DNA of 64,000 nucleotides. Origin: Kudoa neothunni. Its lineage: Eukaryota; Animalia; Cnidaria. The stretch's first letter is position 1. Each line of letters begins with the position of its first letter. Made by a program: the position numbers and the translations under genes. Under the pieces are notes generated by a model that saw nothing but the letters and a program-made list of their open reading frames with translations, did no database searches and had not been told where the DNA came from. This document shows, piece by piece, positions 26,530-39,510 of the stretch. Location: the NCBI GenBank assembly GCA_964304625.1, contig OZ199839.1, positions 4,327,292 to 4,391,291 on the forward strand, given 5' to 3'.

Positions 26530-29243
26530 TTAGTTCATTTTATTTCTGCAGTCATCAGCTAATATACCTATGGAGAATTGGGCAAAATACGCTTGTTGAT
26601 TGTGAATTTGACCAATATCCTAATAAAAATTACAAACATATTATACGAAGCAAATCACATTATCAGTTAGCATATAATTCACGCCAGTAACTTTTGTTCT
26701 GTATCATCCATTAGTATTTACAATGTGTAACTTATTTACATATATATGCCTTGAATCTGACATCCCGTAATATTCCCCCTTTCTTAGGATTTCGTTCTTC
26801 AAACAATCAAGTGTAAGCTCATTCAATCTGATTGACATAAACTCCGTTTTAAACAGTCTTGGCATTTGTAGACCTCTGAAGTCTACAAATATCTCCTTGA
26901 GTGTTGGATTGTTCCTACATAAGTTTAATTTAAAATATGCGATAAAACTTAATTTACAATTTCTTTATCCTGTTAAATAGCCTTACACCGTCTTTAGTCC
27001 CACACATGCTCAAAATATCTGCTTTTTCCAATAAAAGAAGATCTTCTCCAGTATAACCTTCAAAGCATTCAATGAAATTTTGGAAGTTATTCTCTTCTAA
27101 CCACACATTAACATCATCTGTAGTTGAATTTTTGTCTAGAGCCTAAATTCTTTTTGGGGATTTTAGGCGAATTAATTTAGTACTACTATCCCAGAGGGCT
27201 TAAAACGTTTTTCTGTAGGAATCATTGGCTCAGCCTCTTGTTTTCTTTTAATTGAAGATGCCATCGCTTGAAAGTTATAAGTTTGACCCCTTTTTTGTTT
27301 TAAGCGAAATTTAAATAAAAAAAATCATACGTTCCATAATTGTCGCTGATTGCTACTTCTAATAAACTATCAGGAGAACTTGTCAAATTAACAATATCCT
27401 ATGTATGTAATTTACTTAGAAAAATAATTATTTTATTAATTTCGTAAATATTCAAATATATTATTTTTCTAAATAAATTACAGGTTCGAATTCGGTTATT
27501 TTATTTGACTTGTTGTATAGGTTCTAAATTAACAATTATTTCCCTGAAATAATTGTTAATTTAGCTACCTTCTGTTCATTCATCAAAGCTTTAATCTGAG
27601 CTTCTAATAATTCCATTTCTGAAGATGATTCCCGTATCGCAACCTCTATGTCCCTTTTCTCACTCTCAATTAGTGTCTTTTGTCTTTTTAATTCCAATTC
27701 GTGGTCATCTAACGTTAGTTCTAGCTCAGATTGTTTTTGAGATAACTGCAGTTCTAGCTCAGATTGTTTTTGAGATAATTGAAGTTCTAGCTCAGATTTT
27801 TGCAGCTCGATTTCGGATTTTTGCTGTGATAGCTCGGATTGCTTTTTGTCTTTTCGGCATTGGTATTCTGCAATTTTCTTTTTTAATGTGATTTCTTTTT
27901 CTTTAATTTTGTCCTTAAATTAATGATAATAAGAAGTTACATTATAAATATTTATTATAATATTTGTGCAGTTTAATTAGACAGGTTATATACTAATGAG
28001 TCTTCATGCTGATGCTTTATCTCGTTATATCTTTTAGTGATTTGAGCAATGTTTTGACTAAATTGACCATCTTCCTTTTGGCATTTTGCAATTTCTTGTT
28101 TTAATTTTCTATCTGCTCCTTTCATCTAAATATAAAAAATTTAACTAATAAAAATTAAAGCCTATACTACTTTGAAAATCTTAATATTGCAACTACATTT
28201 GTGGATCGGAAGATTGGAGGAATTAATTTGGTAAAGTTGGTTGGTTATATCATAAGTAGTAATTCTTAAACAAAGAACAATTCCTTCCTCTCCTATAAAA
28301 TGGACTTACAAACAATATCAACAATACAGGATTACCTCCAGATTTATTTTCACAAAAATCGGAGCTGAGACAAAAAACCTAGTAATTCATTTAAAATTGT
28401 TTAAATGAATTCATAAACTTTTAGGAGCGGATTAACAGTATGTGAAGGGTCCCACTCAAACTGAACTTTTCCACGGTGGCTTTGAAGCCTCTGCACATTG
28501 AAAATATTACTTGATCTAGTGCCAACTAAACGAATTATGCGAAAAATTAGATTTTTCAAGTATACTTATTTCGAAGAGTTCATGCTCTGGGTGTTCATCG
28601 AACCATTGTAGGAACTTTTCTTTCCTTCTGAGGTGCACTCTTTTCTCATCGAATCCGATTTTAACTATGGTCTTCAAAATATGAGTTGAAATCACAAGTT
28701 AAAATATTACCAAAAGTCTCCTAATCCCTACTTCTTGAGCCCCGTGACACTCAAGATTGAGCTCGTATTGTTGATCTACAGCAATTTATTAAGTATAGTT
28801 ATAAAAATTTACTTTGATTTAGATAAGTGACTGACTTCCCTTCTCTTTTAAAGAGTGACTTTTGAGCATCAAGGGTCACATTCACATTATATCTAAATAT
28901 GATTTATACAATATTTCAAGAAATATGATACAAATCGTAATAAAAGATTAAAATATAGCTAAACTTAAAGGTTTTTGTTGGAGGACTTTTTTCCTCCTCT
29001 TCCATTTTAGCAACACTCATTAGAACGTAACACGATTGGTTGAATCCAGTTATCAAATGTAAAAAATCGAAACAAGAAAAATTACAGGCTGTTATTCATA
29101 TTGGGAAAACTTTGGATTCCAAAAGGGGTATTGTTGATACAGTTGGAAAGGAAATAATTTGTGGTAGTGAGGAGAGGATTTTCTTGTTCCGGTTGGACCA
29201 CACTGTTCGAAAAGTAATTATTAACATTAAACTGGTTATTCAT
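26530..29243 (-). CDS. CP2/LSF (TFCP2/UBP1-like) transcription factor with SAM-like domain; many small exons, start uncertain
   Basis: Exons read VTYLNQ..QQYEL, IVKIGFDEKRVH, VQFEWDP and FCLSSDFCENKSGG (CP2 DNA-binding domain). STTDDVNVWLEENNF..FEGYTGEDLLLLEKADILSMCGTKDGVRLFN matches the LSF SAM-like domain. Confidence 0.8.
27717..27797. repeat. 33-bp coding tandem repeat, about 2.5 copies
   Basis: AGTTCTAGCTCAGATT recurs at 27717, 27750 and 27783; it encodes QSELELQLSQK on the minus strand. Confidence 0.9.
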
Positions 29244-31129
29244 GGTTATATCTCTTTTAATTTTAATATAGGAGATATCGGTAGATTTGTCCTCTTATGG
29301 TCTTTGCAACGATTAAACCGCATCTCGGAAAATATTAACCTCTGTTTGTGTATTATTTTGTTAAATTATTTTGAAATCCCAAAATTGGAAAAATATCAAT
29401 TATAAATTTCATTTTATGTTACTATTCTGATTATAAATGACAAAGAACAATATGTGGTTACAACATCTCGTATCAAACTAAATAATGCAAATTATGAAGT
29501 TCTTATTTTGCATCTAGTAATTAACTTGGTGTCATGATTTTTTAGGTCCAACTACTAAAATCTAATATTTTGATAGTACGTATGAATAAAGGATCAGACA
29601 TCAGCCGAAACGGGTGACACTCTAAGTATCAGGTATCCTCAACCAAATATTGGGTTCCAGTGAGCAGCAATTAACAAATTTATCACCAAAATAATATTTA
29701 TAAAAATATGACTTGGATATATAAAAACACGTGTGGCCAACTTGATGCAATAAAGATCAGGTGGTCACATAATCTCAAATATTTTACTGATTTTATTCAC
29801 ATAAATATTGAATCAATTATATTTTTTAATCAGAATTTTTTATATAAAATATTTTTAGATCGGAATCTAACAAATTGTTTATTGTTTACACTTGGTTGTA
29901 GATACCGACATTGGTGTATTTGATGATGATTAGTTTAGGTTTATTACATCATCAATAAGAAAAATCTTTGTTAAAGAATTAAAAAGTATTACATAAGATT
30001 CAAATGGAGGTATTTAATAATTTATAGCCAATTATTACTCAGGCGGTATCTTAATTCCACAAACAAATATTTGTTTATAAGTTTGTCATTCTATTGTATG
30101 TTATGGAAAGTTATTTCTTCGCCAACCAGTCAACGAGGCATAATTCTTTGTATACTCACCGCAACACAAACAACTTAATAATATCAACCTTTTTTTATCG
30201 CTGAAGAAAAGTTCAACATGATATTGAAATTTTCGAGTTTGCGTGAAAATCGGAATGAATATCACCGAGCTACAATGGTTATTTTTCTTTCATATTGGTA
30301 ATGAAAGAAAAGGTCGTGTAATCTTTGAACCCTAGCACTGGTCTAAGATCACGTTAAGCCTTGATTTATTATCAACGGATGAGCAGAAAGAAATCTCTTC
30401 CGAATTATTTAACTTAAAATGATTTTGCACCACAGATTTCATTTCAATTTATTAATTGAGAACACAGCACTAAGTAATTAATTTTTCATGTTTTTAAGAT
30501 GCTTCAAAGATGGAAAATACATCAATTTTAGTCACCAAACACAATACTACCCTTTTTTCGTGAGGCGAAATTACACCAAACGTATTTTCTGACTAAGATT
30601 GGCTAGAACAAATTTAAAAAAATAGTTTTTTGTAATAACAAACATATGAAAATAAAATACAACATAATAATTTATGCCAAATTATACGGTTTGGTTAAGA
30701 TTTTAAGGTTAAGTGATTCATAATAACACTGGTATTTTTCCCACACCATCCTTGTTTCACATTTTCGCTTGTTTTATTCGTCATGGAACTATTTAATGGA
30801 TGAGCCATCAAAAATTCTAGTTATTTTTTTATTGATCTTTAAGATTCTTATAGTTCCTATACGAAATTTTCAGCATTGTTCGAAGTTAACGGAAAGTTTT
30901 CCAACATCCTGTTGTGTAAGCTGCAAGCTGATATAGTATACTTATCACCTCATATTATATGGGGAAATTTTTCAAAATGCTCGAGGAATGACGATAATGA
31001 TGTTTCAGTGATTTCAGTAGACTCTATCTTTAATTTTTCGTATTCTGCGACAACATTTTCCTCTACAATGAATTTTAAAAAAAATGATAGCTATTATTAA
31101 GAGTCTAAATTCAGTTCAAAACAGCAACT

Positions 31130-32182
31130 TCAAAATTATATGAATTTTTTATCCGAACGCGGTCGGGTACACTCGTAATCTCCATCTTTTTTCAACAAAC
31201 ATTGAATTATTTTGTTTTTTAGTTATTAACTCAAAAGTTATTTATTATTACTATTTAGATTTTTTACTGTTGATATGTAACAATTTTATATAAACTAACT
31301 TTAAAAATAAACTTAATGCAAGTTTCACACAAACATCTCGTTTTTTACTATAATAAAAATACTTTATGAACTTTAAAATATAGATATTAATGTAGTAATA
31401 TTTGTTTTAGTTTAGTATTTTTTTATTAAACTTTTTATTGGAAATTAAGAAATTATTTTGTTTTTGTTATTAAAATTCTGAAACCTAATTTTTAAAAATG
31501 ATAATATTATTTTTTTTTACCTTTAAGTAAGTATAAAACGTTGTGAAAAAAATTGTAAACCATATTTTTATTGATATATCAGTTTTTTTATATGTCCAAA
31601 TTTCCTAACAAAAAATTCAACAAAATATATAAAATGAGAATATTATAAGATGTAAACACAATATGATAACTATGATTATTATTTTGATTGGTAAATATAT
31701 AATTCTCTAAAACTAATAATTCTATATAAATAACAATTTTTTTTATAATTTTTATTATAACAACATTTTTACGTTTATCAAATGCTATGCTAAACACACG
31801 TAAGAAGTTCTCTTAAACCGTATAACTTCATATAATCAGTCTTAAGTTTTATTACTATTTAAATTAAATTTTGATCTAAAATATAATATTGATTAATTAT
31901 TAAAAAACTCATCAGCTCAAAGAAAATTGAGAAAATATATTTTGATAACACGTGGTTAAGTCTCCTCACGTTTAAACTATTCACACTTAAAACTTATAAT
32001 AACCTGTATAAATAAAATTGATATTGTAAAACTAGTATTTATATGGTAAAAAATATGAAATGTAACCATATTATGAATGATTATCAAAACAAATTAGAGA
32101 TCAATTCAATGTTTGTTGGAAAACAGATGGAGATTACACGTGTACCCGACCGCGCTCGGGTAAAAAATTCTTATAATCTTGA
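31130..32182. mobile_element. Inverted-repeat (about 80 bp) element around an AT-rich core; MITE/foldback-like
   Basis: 31130-31208 (..CCGAACGCGGTCGGGTACACTCGTAATCTCCATC..CAACAAACATTGAATT) is the near-perfect reverse complement of 32103-32182. No TSD identified. Confidence 0.7.
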
Positions 32183-33678
32183 GCTAAATTTTTGCTCTTC
32201 ATATTCTTTTATTTTATTGTGAAAAATCGTGAAATAAGAAATGCGAAAAAACACGAGCAAAAGTACGTTTTGTAGGTGCCGCATACTTTACCATTATCAC
32301 GACCAATTAGGTTCCCTTATTAAGTAAAATCAGTAAATTTTAGAGAATTAAAACATTTTTTTGAATGACCAAAAATTTTTGCGTAATCTAGTTAGAATAC
32401 AACAAACGTCTAAAACCATTGAAATTTAAAATGTGGGCATGTGTAGAACATGGTATCGGTGCAACCCTAATTAAAACAAAAACAAGAGAGAAAATTTTAT
32501 CGATGGTTCTTCCATTAGAGTTGTAAATTTGTAAAAAACTTTTTTGAACGACATAAAAAGTTCCATTTGTTATCATCGCATTTTAATTATTTATATGATG
32601 AGTATTTTCCTCTGTTATAAAAATTATAATGCGCTAGCTATCATTTGAACCAACGTAATAACAGAAAAATTTTCCGCACCTTGATATATTTACTTTATTT
32701 TCATTAAATTATAAAATATTGAATATTGTAATATTCTCAACTTTAATTAAATCCTTATATTTGTATAAATGTTTGTTTTGTTTATTATTGTCGTCTATAT
32801 TCCCATTCACTGTGCCAAAAGCAAAACTTCGGGAGTAGAATACAATAAAGATTGAGGAATCTCCTTATTTAAAATTTAATTTTAAAATTTCAATCTTCAT
32901 TTAAAACATAATGTGTTCATGCAATCCAGTTTATTGTAAAAACGTTATGTCATCAGAATCATTGGTTTTTAGTCACTCTTTACAATATCTTAACGTACAC
33001 TTTCAGAGTTTGCTCTTAGACGTTTCTTTATCTTTTAAGTATAATTATTTTGTGTATAATAATTTTTTACCGTCAGTTTGATTCATTCTTCATTGTCCTT
33101 CCAAAATAAAAAATACATTAATTTTAGTCATTAACTACAATAATACGATGTTTTGATCTTTATTTAACTTTGAATATAATTATTTCAGCTCAAAAGTGTA
33201 TAAACATATTGATATAAAAGTAAATTTTTCCTCGATTTGGAGACTTGTAACTCAGTGGAATATCATCTTCCAAATTATACCCATAAAATGAGCATTTAAT
33301 AATTTAAAAACATTGTCTTATCTATTACAATTTAATAAAACAGAAAAATAATGCAATATGTCTATTAATTTTCTAAAGTCTAAAAATTTCAACACTAATC
33401 ACTAATCAGCTTTACAATAATGTACAAAATTCATTAAAAAATGAATTTAATCATTAAATCAGTGTATATTATATGTTCGGCAATCTTCGTAGTTCATCGA
33501 AGTAGCTGTGTGATTACTTGGTGATCTTTTTACAACCGAAAAGTACGCCAACATTCACATATCGATCCAGTCCGATCAATATTTTTACAGACAATTTTTA
33601 AAAAACTTAAAATTAGATTGCAATCTTTAAAATAACACAAGAAAGAAAGGAATATTAGGTTTTACATAGTTGATTTTT

Positions 33679-34407
33679 ATGAGTGGACAAGGATTCAATG
33701 AAGAGACAAAAGGTTGGAACGATCCACCCAAATCTTGTTTTTCCAACTCTGCTCCCAAAAGCTCCCCAAAATTTGATTACAGACGACGTACATCCGACAT
33801 ACGTGCTATGAGCTCGTATAATACGAGTACAACAAATTTTATGCCAAGTTGTCAAATTTTTTCGGTTAAATTGTAGAATTTTTTAAATTAAGATATTCCA
33901 AACAATTTTCAAAATCAACAACAAGATATGTTTCAATCTAGATACTCCAGTCCAATACCTACTACAAACACTCATGCAAGTGTTCCCACGCCGATTAGCA
34001 ACAATATTGGAGCTCTTAATATGAACACCAATCAACTTGGTGATTTCATAGTGAGAAAATACAATCAATATATGATAAGCTTTGCGTCGATGCATATGAT
34101 TCCAATTGAGCATCAAAATCAGTTGTTGGATAGTTACAAAAGATTTATATATGAAAACACTCAAAATGTGGTTGTTTTGAATGATTTTTCCACGCTATTT
34201 AAAGGTATTCCCAATCCCAATCAGGAGCGATTAATTTTATACTAAATTTTTAGCTTATGAAGTTAATCAGATGGGAGTGGTTTCAGAGCTTATTCGCAAA
34301 ATTCAATACAATTTCCATCAGGTATATAATGCCATTTGTGTGATTAATTTCCATTTGATATAATTTAGGAGAATTGGGTATGTTTGTTTCAATATTTTAT
34401 ATGTTAG
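33679..34407 (+). CDS. SRA1 (SRAP)-like protein, about 4 exons
   Basis: N-terminal KGWNDPP motif, a Ser/Pro-rich linker and a helical C-terminal part ending ENWVCLFQYFIC*. The motif is shared with the Sec31 C-terminus, but the gene size fits SRA1. Confidence 0.6.
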
Positions 34408-34990
34408 TTGATGTGAAAATAGTTTTTTATCCCAATTATGAATTTATTGTTATTTTTTGTGTACATTATCGGCTGTGACGGTTGTCAAAGGTTTTTGGTT
34501 GCTGGGGGAACTGTTTATTACTAACAAAACAATAGCATTGTAAATAGTGTAGATAACAATATTGGAGGAGAGTATTGTTTGGTAGGTGATTTTTGTGTGG
34601 AAATTTTTTTACGAATTAGGTTTTAAATAAAATCCAAGGGATTAGCATGAGAAACACCATTGGGGTTAGATTTGTTGAGGTATTGTGAGTTTCGGTTGAC
34701 GCTCTCCAGTGTCCATGCCACAATAAATCAGCACACTAGGGGTGTTTTTAGTAGCATGAGAAATTAGGATGACAGTTGTTGCGACGGAGATTAATTTTTA
34801 TCGCATTATTCACCTGATTGTTTAGCTGAGAGTTATTTTCAGCGTGATATTCGATCACACATGAGAAATACCAACCGCAACAAGAGATTTGCCAATAAAA
34901 TAGACGTTGAAGAGATAATTCAGCTAACAATGAGTATCTATATTTACGGTTTGTAAATAAGTTAACAATGAATAATTGATTAAAGAATTG

Positions 34991-35620
34991 ATGGCAGAAT
35001 CAGGCAATGATAATGGTTTTGAAAACTTTGAAAAGTTTGGTTGTTGACTTTCAAATTTAGAGAATGCAAAAGTTGATAATAATCATTTAAAAAATCAAGA
35101 ATTTTCGCGAAGGCCAGAGGATACCAATCCTAAAAAAGGTAGTCTCAAATGCCCACATTGTCATGGGAATATGAGTTCAAATCTAGGGGTTGAAACTGGC
35201 ATAATTAATAAGAATTGTACAATAGATGCAAATCATTTAGTAAAATCAGAATCGACCAGACACGACAAGACTAAGGCCTCGTTAGGAAGAAAACTTGTTA
35301 ACACATTACGACGAAAAAAAGCCTCGGTGGTACGTTGATAATTGAGAGGTTGGGCGTGAACTGACGGTTGTAGGCTGAGTCTCCTATTGGAACAGCTATC
35401 AATACCAATCCAACAGAGACAACAACAGCAAAATCCATAGAGTTTAATTCATCCCATGAATTCAATAACAATGAATTAAAAACACATAAGATGAAAATGA
35501 AACGATTTAGTCTAAGAAAAAAACCGGTAATCAAATTTGTTGAACAATCAATTCGTAATTCATTAACAATATTTTATTCAATTGGATAGAAAATCAATCC
35601 AAAGGTGTTGGAGTCTTGAA
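34991..35620 (+). CDS. Putative small multi-exon orphan gene (disordered, basic motif KMKMKRFSLRKK)
   Basis: ATGGCAGAATCAGGC start, GT-AG-bounded blocks and hydrophilic translations. Structure is tentative. Confidence 0.35.
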
Positions 35621-38600
35621 TCGTCTATAATCACTGCTTGTACACAATTGTTATATCCAAACAAACTCCCTTCTTATTTATTCGTTTTTTCATACCTAAA
35701 ATGTAATATATGAGAAAATTTAAACTGATATATCATTTTCGCGCATTATTGTGAAGCATCTTTCAATGGAAAAATTCATTTACAATATTGAGTTGATACT
35801 TTTTGAAAGCTCATAAATAAAGCTTTTGTTATGAGGATCATAAATCAATTCTTAAGGGTATTGACATGAAACGCTGCGTGTGCGTGAATATCCAGCCAAC
35901 TTCATAGATCAAGTTTTGTAGTGACTTAGAAAGCTCATTTCCAGGTAATTAATTATCCGAATTTTTCAGACTTTTCCCACTATAAAAATTAATTCTCAAA
36001 ATATACATCCACTTTGGATGTTTGTGTAAACAAATTTATTCAATAATTATATTTTTATTTTTAAACTTAAATTATTATTATCATTCAACCAAAATTCTGT
36101 GTATTTTATTTAATGTACGTCTAATTAAGGTTATTATTTAAAATAAATAAAATTTAAAGAGTAATTATTATAATAAATATCGTTAATTTAATTCCTAAAA
36201 TTAAAGGACATTGATATTCGAATCGAGGTCTTTCAAAATCAGCTCTTAAGGTTGTTGTACAATATTTTTATCAGATTAACATGCAAAATAGATGGAACCC
36301 TTATTTAAACACTGTTTCTGATATACATTAATTGAATCATTCGTATTCATTTAAACTCTCTAAGGTAAAATTCACTCAAATATGTTGTAGATGTCATGCG
36401 TTCAAATTTTTTTATAGCGTATCGAAACCTAAAGTTTACACTCTATTTAACAAACTATATTAAGACAACATTTGATGGACATTTCTCTCAAAACTCCTTA
36501 TATTAAAAAATAACCAATTTTATATTTTGGATGAAAATTTATTTCCTGAATTTCATCGCTGATTAAAATTAGACTTGAAACATTGCTTATCGGCTTTATT
36601 TTTTAGAATTACTTACTTTTATCCAATACTTAAAAAAAATCAAAATATAGACGTAAATTTAAAAAAATGTATTCAAGGTATTTAAATAACACCTTAGAAA
36701 TTTTGACAGTAGCCGAATCATCAGAAAATAAAGAATAATTTTAAATTATAGAATTTTCCATTTTACGTAAGAAAAAACTGAACTAACAGTTGATATCATA
36801 ATTATAATATTTTAATAAATACTATTTATTATTATTTTTACTGTATCATAATCTATTTACAAAATTATGTGACTTAATGTAGTATTTGAAATATTGATTA
36901 TAAATTTTATAAAATTAATAGAATAGTTTAGACAATATATGTATAGTAACCACAGTATTGTGGAGAAAGAACAAAAATTATAGTCTTTGTATAAAGTTCA
37001 ATGTAAATTATCCTATTTAAAAGATATAAAATATCCTTATTTTTCAAATTTTTAATTTTTTAACAAAGTTATAAAAAATATTCAAAGTTTAACACAAAAT
37101 CTGTTGTATATACATTTAAACTGCTGGAATATATTCAGAATAAAACTTGTTTATTTTAATATTAGTCGCCAAAATAGGGATTGAAAATTTTAAATGATTA
37201 TTGAACCAAATCGATATAATTAAAATCGCCTATAATACATTAATATTGCTTAATACCTGTCTTAATTGGAAATAAAACATTATTTTTTGACAGAATATCC
37301 AAATTTCATGTTCGACTTTTATTTATTCCTTACCCCGTCAAAGTGGACATTTTTGTTAATTAATTTTATTATTTTAAGTTTCATCATAATGATTTATATT
37401 TAAATCAAAATTATACAAAAAATGTCCCCATTAATAATTGTTTACTCTAAGCAGCGCACGCACGCACGCAACAAACAAAATTTCTTTTCCATCAATTTTG
37501 AAAATAATTAAAAATGGTACCAACATTTTCGATTACAAAATAAAGTAAATCCAATTACACAACATGAAAATAATATTAATAACAACCAAATATATAAAGT
37601 CAATATTAGAGATTAGAATGCTGAATATTTTAACAAATTTATTCAAATTATTAATACCAGATGTCTTAAAACTTAGATTTATAGGTATAAACAAGAAAAA
37701 TATATTGAATGCTGAATTCGATGTAATAAAGAGTTGATAGTTGAGATTGGTTTAATTTACCTGCTGTGGTATTAAAATGGATTAGTGGCGGCGAGTTGTT
37801 TACACACACTACTGCAACATACAATATCTGTTATGAATTAACACTATTAATGTTCAAGTTGTTGACTATGTTTAATCGTGGTATTAATGATAACGTAGGT
37901 ATTATTTAAACAATTGTATAATGTGACTGATTTTGATATATTATCATTTGAAATCATTGAAAGTATAAACATAGATTAAAATAATTGGTACGACACGGGT
38001 TAAAAAAAACCGAACAAGATTTCCTGTGGTTGAGTAACCCAATTGAATCGAGGAATTAGAAATAAGGCGTGGCAAGTGTTAATCTTTTTTTAGAAAATAC
38101 AGATTTTAAATATGTGGTACACTTACACGGATGTATATGGAATACATCTGATGAATGATGATTTCCAAATTCGATTTATTAATTAACTCCGATTATACTA
38201 ATAGTAGAAAGAGTATTTGATTGTGGTGAATGGAAATTACATCTTTTATTAAATTAATCTGGGGTTTATTGCGCTGTAGTCGATGACAAAAAAATTCAAA
38301 AAATTATTTCCACGGTTGATGGAATTTATTTTCAAGCAGCTGATAAATCTTAGTAACAGGTAGTTTACTGGGAACAATTCGAAAATACTGTTGTTTTTGT
38401 TTAATCGCGTGTAATCAGTTGCCCAGGGGTTAATTGCTATGCAGATTTAAAATCCATTCTACTAATTTTCACAGCCATGCTCCACAATTAGGAATGGTAG
38501 TCGCTAAGATGCGCATAAAAAAATTGGACAACCAACTTCACCTCACCGTTGCTTCAGTTGAAACAACCTTATTTATTGTATTGGGATTAGTCTTTAAAAT

Positions 38601-38643
38601 TGGATTAGATAAATCCGATAAACTTCACCAACAGATAAGTTAG

Positions 38644-39510
38644 ATGGCAGAAGTTGTAGCTAGTGAAGTCAAAGAGGAGCAAACTAACACTGACTCCCCT
38701 TCGGACGTTAAACCTACTACAACAATCCAAATGGAACAAGAACCAAAAGACGAACAAATAGAAAACAAGCAACCTCCCACTGACAATGCTGTAAGTCCAA
38801 CTGATGACAATGCAGATCCAGCAGCAATCAAAGACAAATCCGATGTACCGGCTGTATCTGATTCCAATGCTGAAAATAAGACAACCGATAACAAAGAACC
38901 AGCTATTGCTGGCGGTGAAGGTGCCGATCAAAAATCACCCTCATCCCAACCGACCAGATCGAAATCCTTAGAGGACAAAGGAGTCTCCAGTAATATTAAG
39001 AAAAAGCAAAGTATTTCAGTGAAATTTAAAAATTTTTTGAAAAAAATCGTACCAAAACAAAAACACGTAAGCTTCCACTACTCTTTCTCTAATAGGTTGA
39101 TACTATTAATCAACTCTTTGGTGTTATATTAATTACATAAGGATTCACTGTTTTTGTGTGTGTTTGTGATGATCATTTCTTGTAGGAAAATTCCTCCAAG
39201 AAAACAACTCCCCAATCAGGCACCAAAGAAACCAACAAAACAAATGAAGCGGCTACTACTGATAATGCTGACAAACCAACTGACGCCAATAAATCTACAC
39301 CGGCTGCCATTGATAACCCTGAACAAACACATGATGAAATTAACCCTGAGAAAGGGAAAGAGAAAGAAAACCCACCAATTGAAAAAACTGAAAACGCCCC
39401 CGCTGCCGACGCTCAAGAAACCACTCAACAACAGGAAACCAAACAAGAACAAGTACTACAACTGTTTGTTTCATTTAATCGACATCAATCTATTATTTTA
39501 GACCCAATAA
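38644..39510 (+). CDS. Acidic intrinsically disordered protein with a central polybasic/Phe motif; exons 38644-39066, 39186-39451, 39502-39510
   Basis: E/D/T/P/N-rich open frames join in phase across a GTAAGC..TAG intron; central segment KKKQSISVKFKNFLKKIVPKQKH. Confidence 0.7.

Noticed and set aside
27625-27891. Plus-strand 88-aa ORF with VLAQIVFEI repeats
   Set aside because: Antisense shadow of the coiled-coil exon of the LSF-like gene.
29040-29405. Plus-strand 121-aa ORF
   Set aside because: Antisense to the probable 5' region of the LSF-like gene; no motif.
29500-30800. Possible decayed transposase
   Set aside because: No diagnostic catalytic motif or termini could be read with confidence.
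38605-38931. Hydrophobic minus-strand ORFs
   Set aside because: Antisense shadows of the acidic disordered gene.
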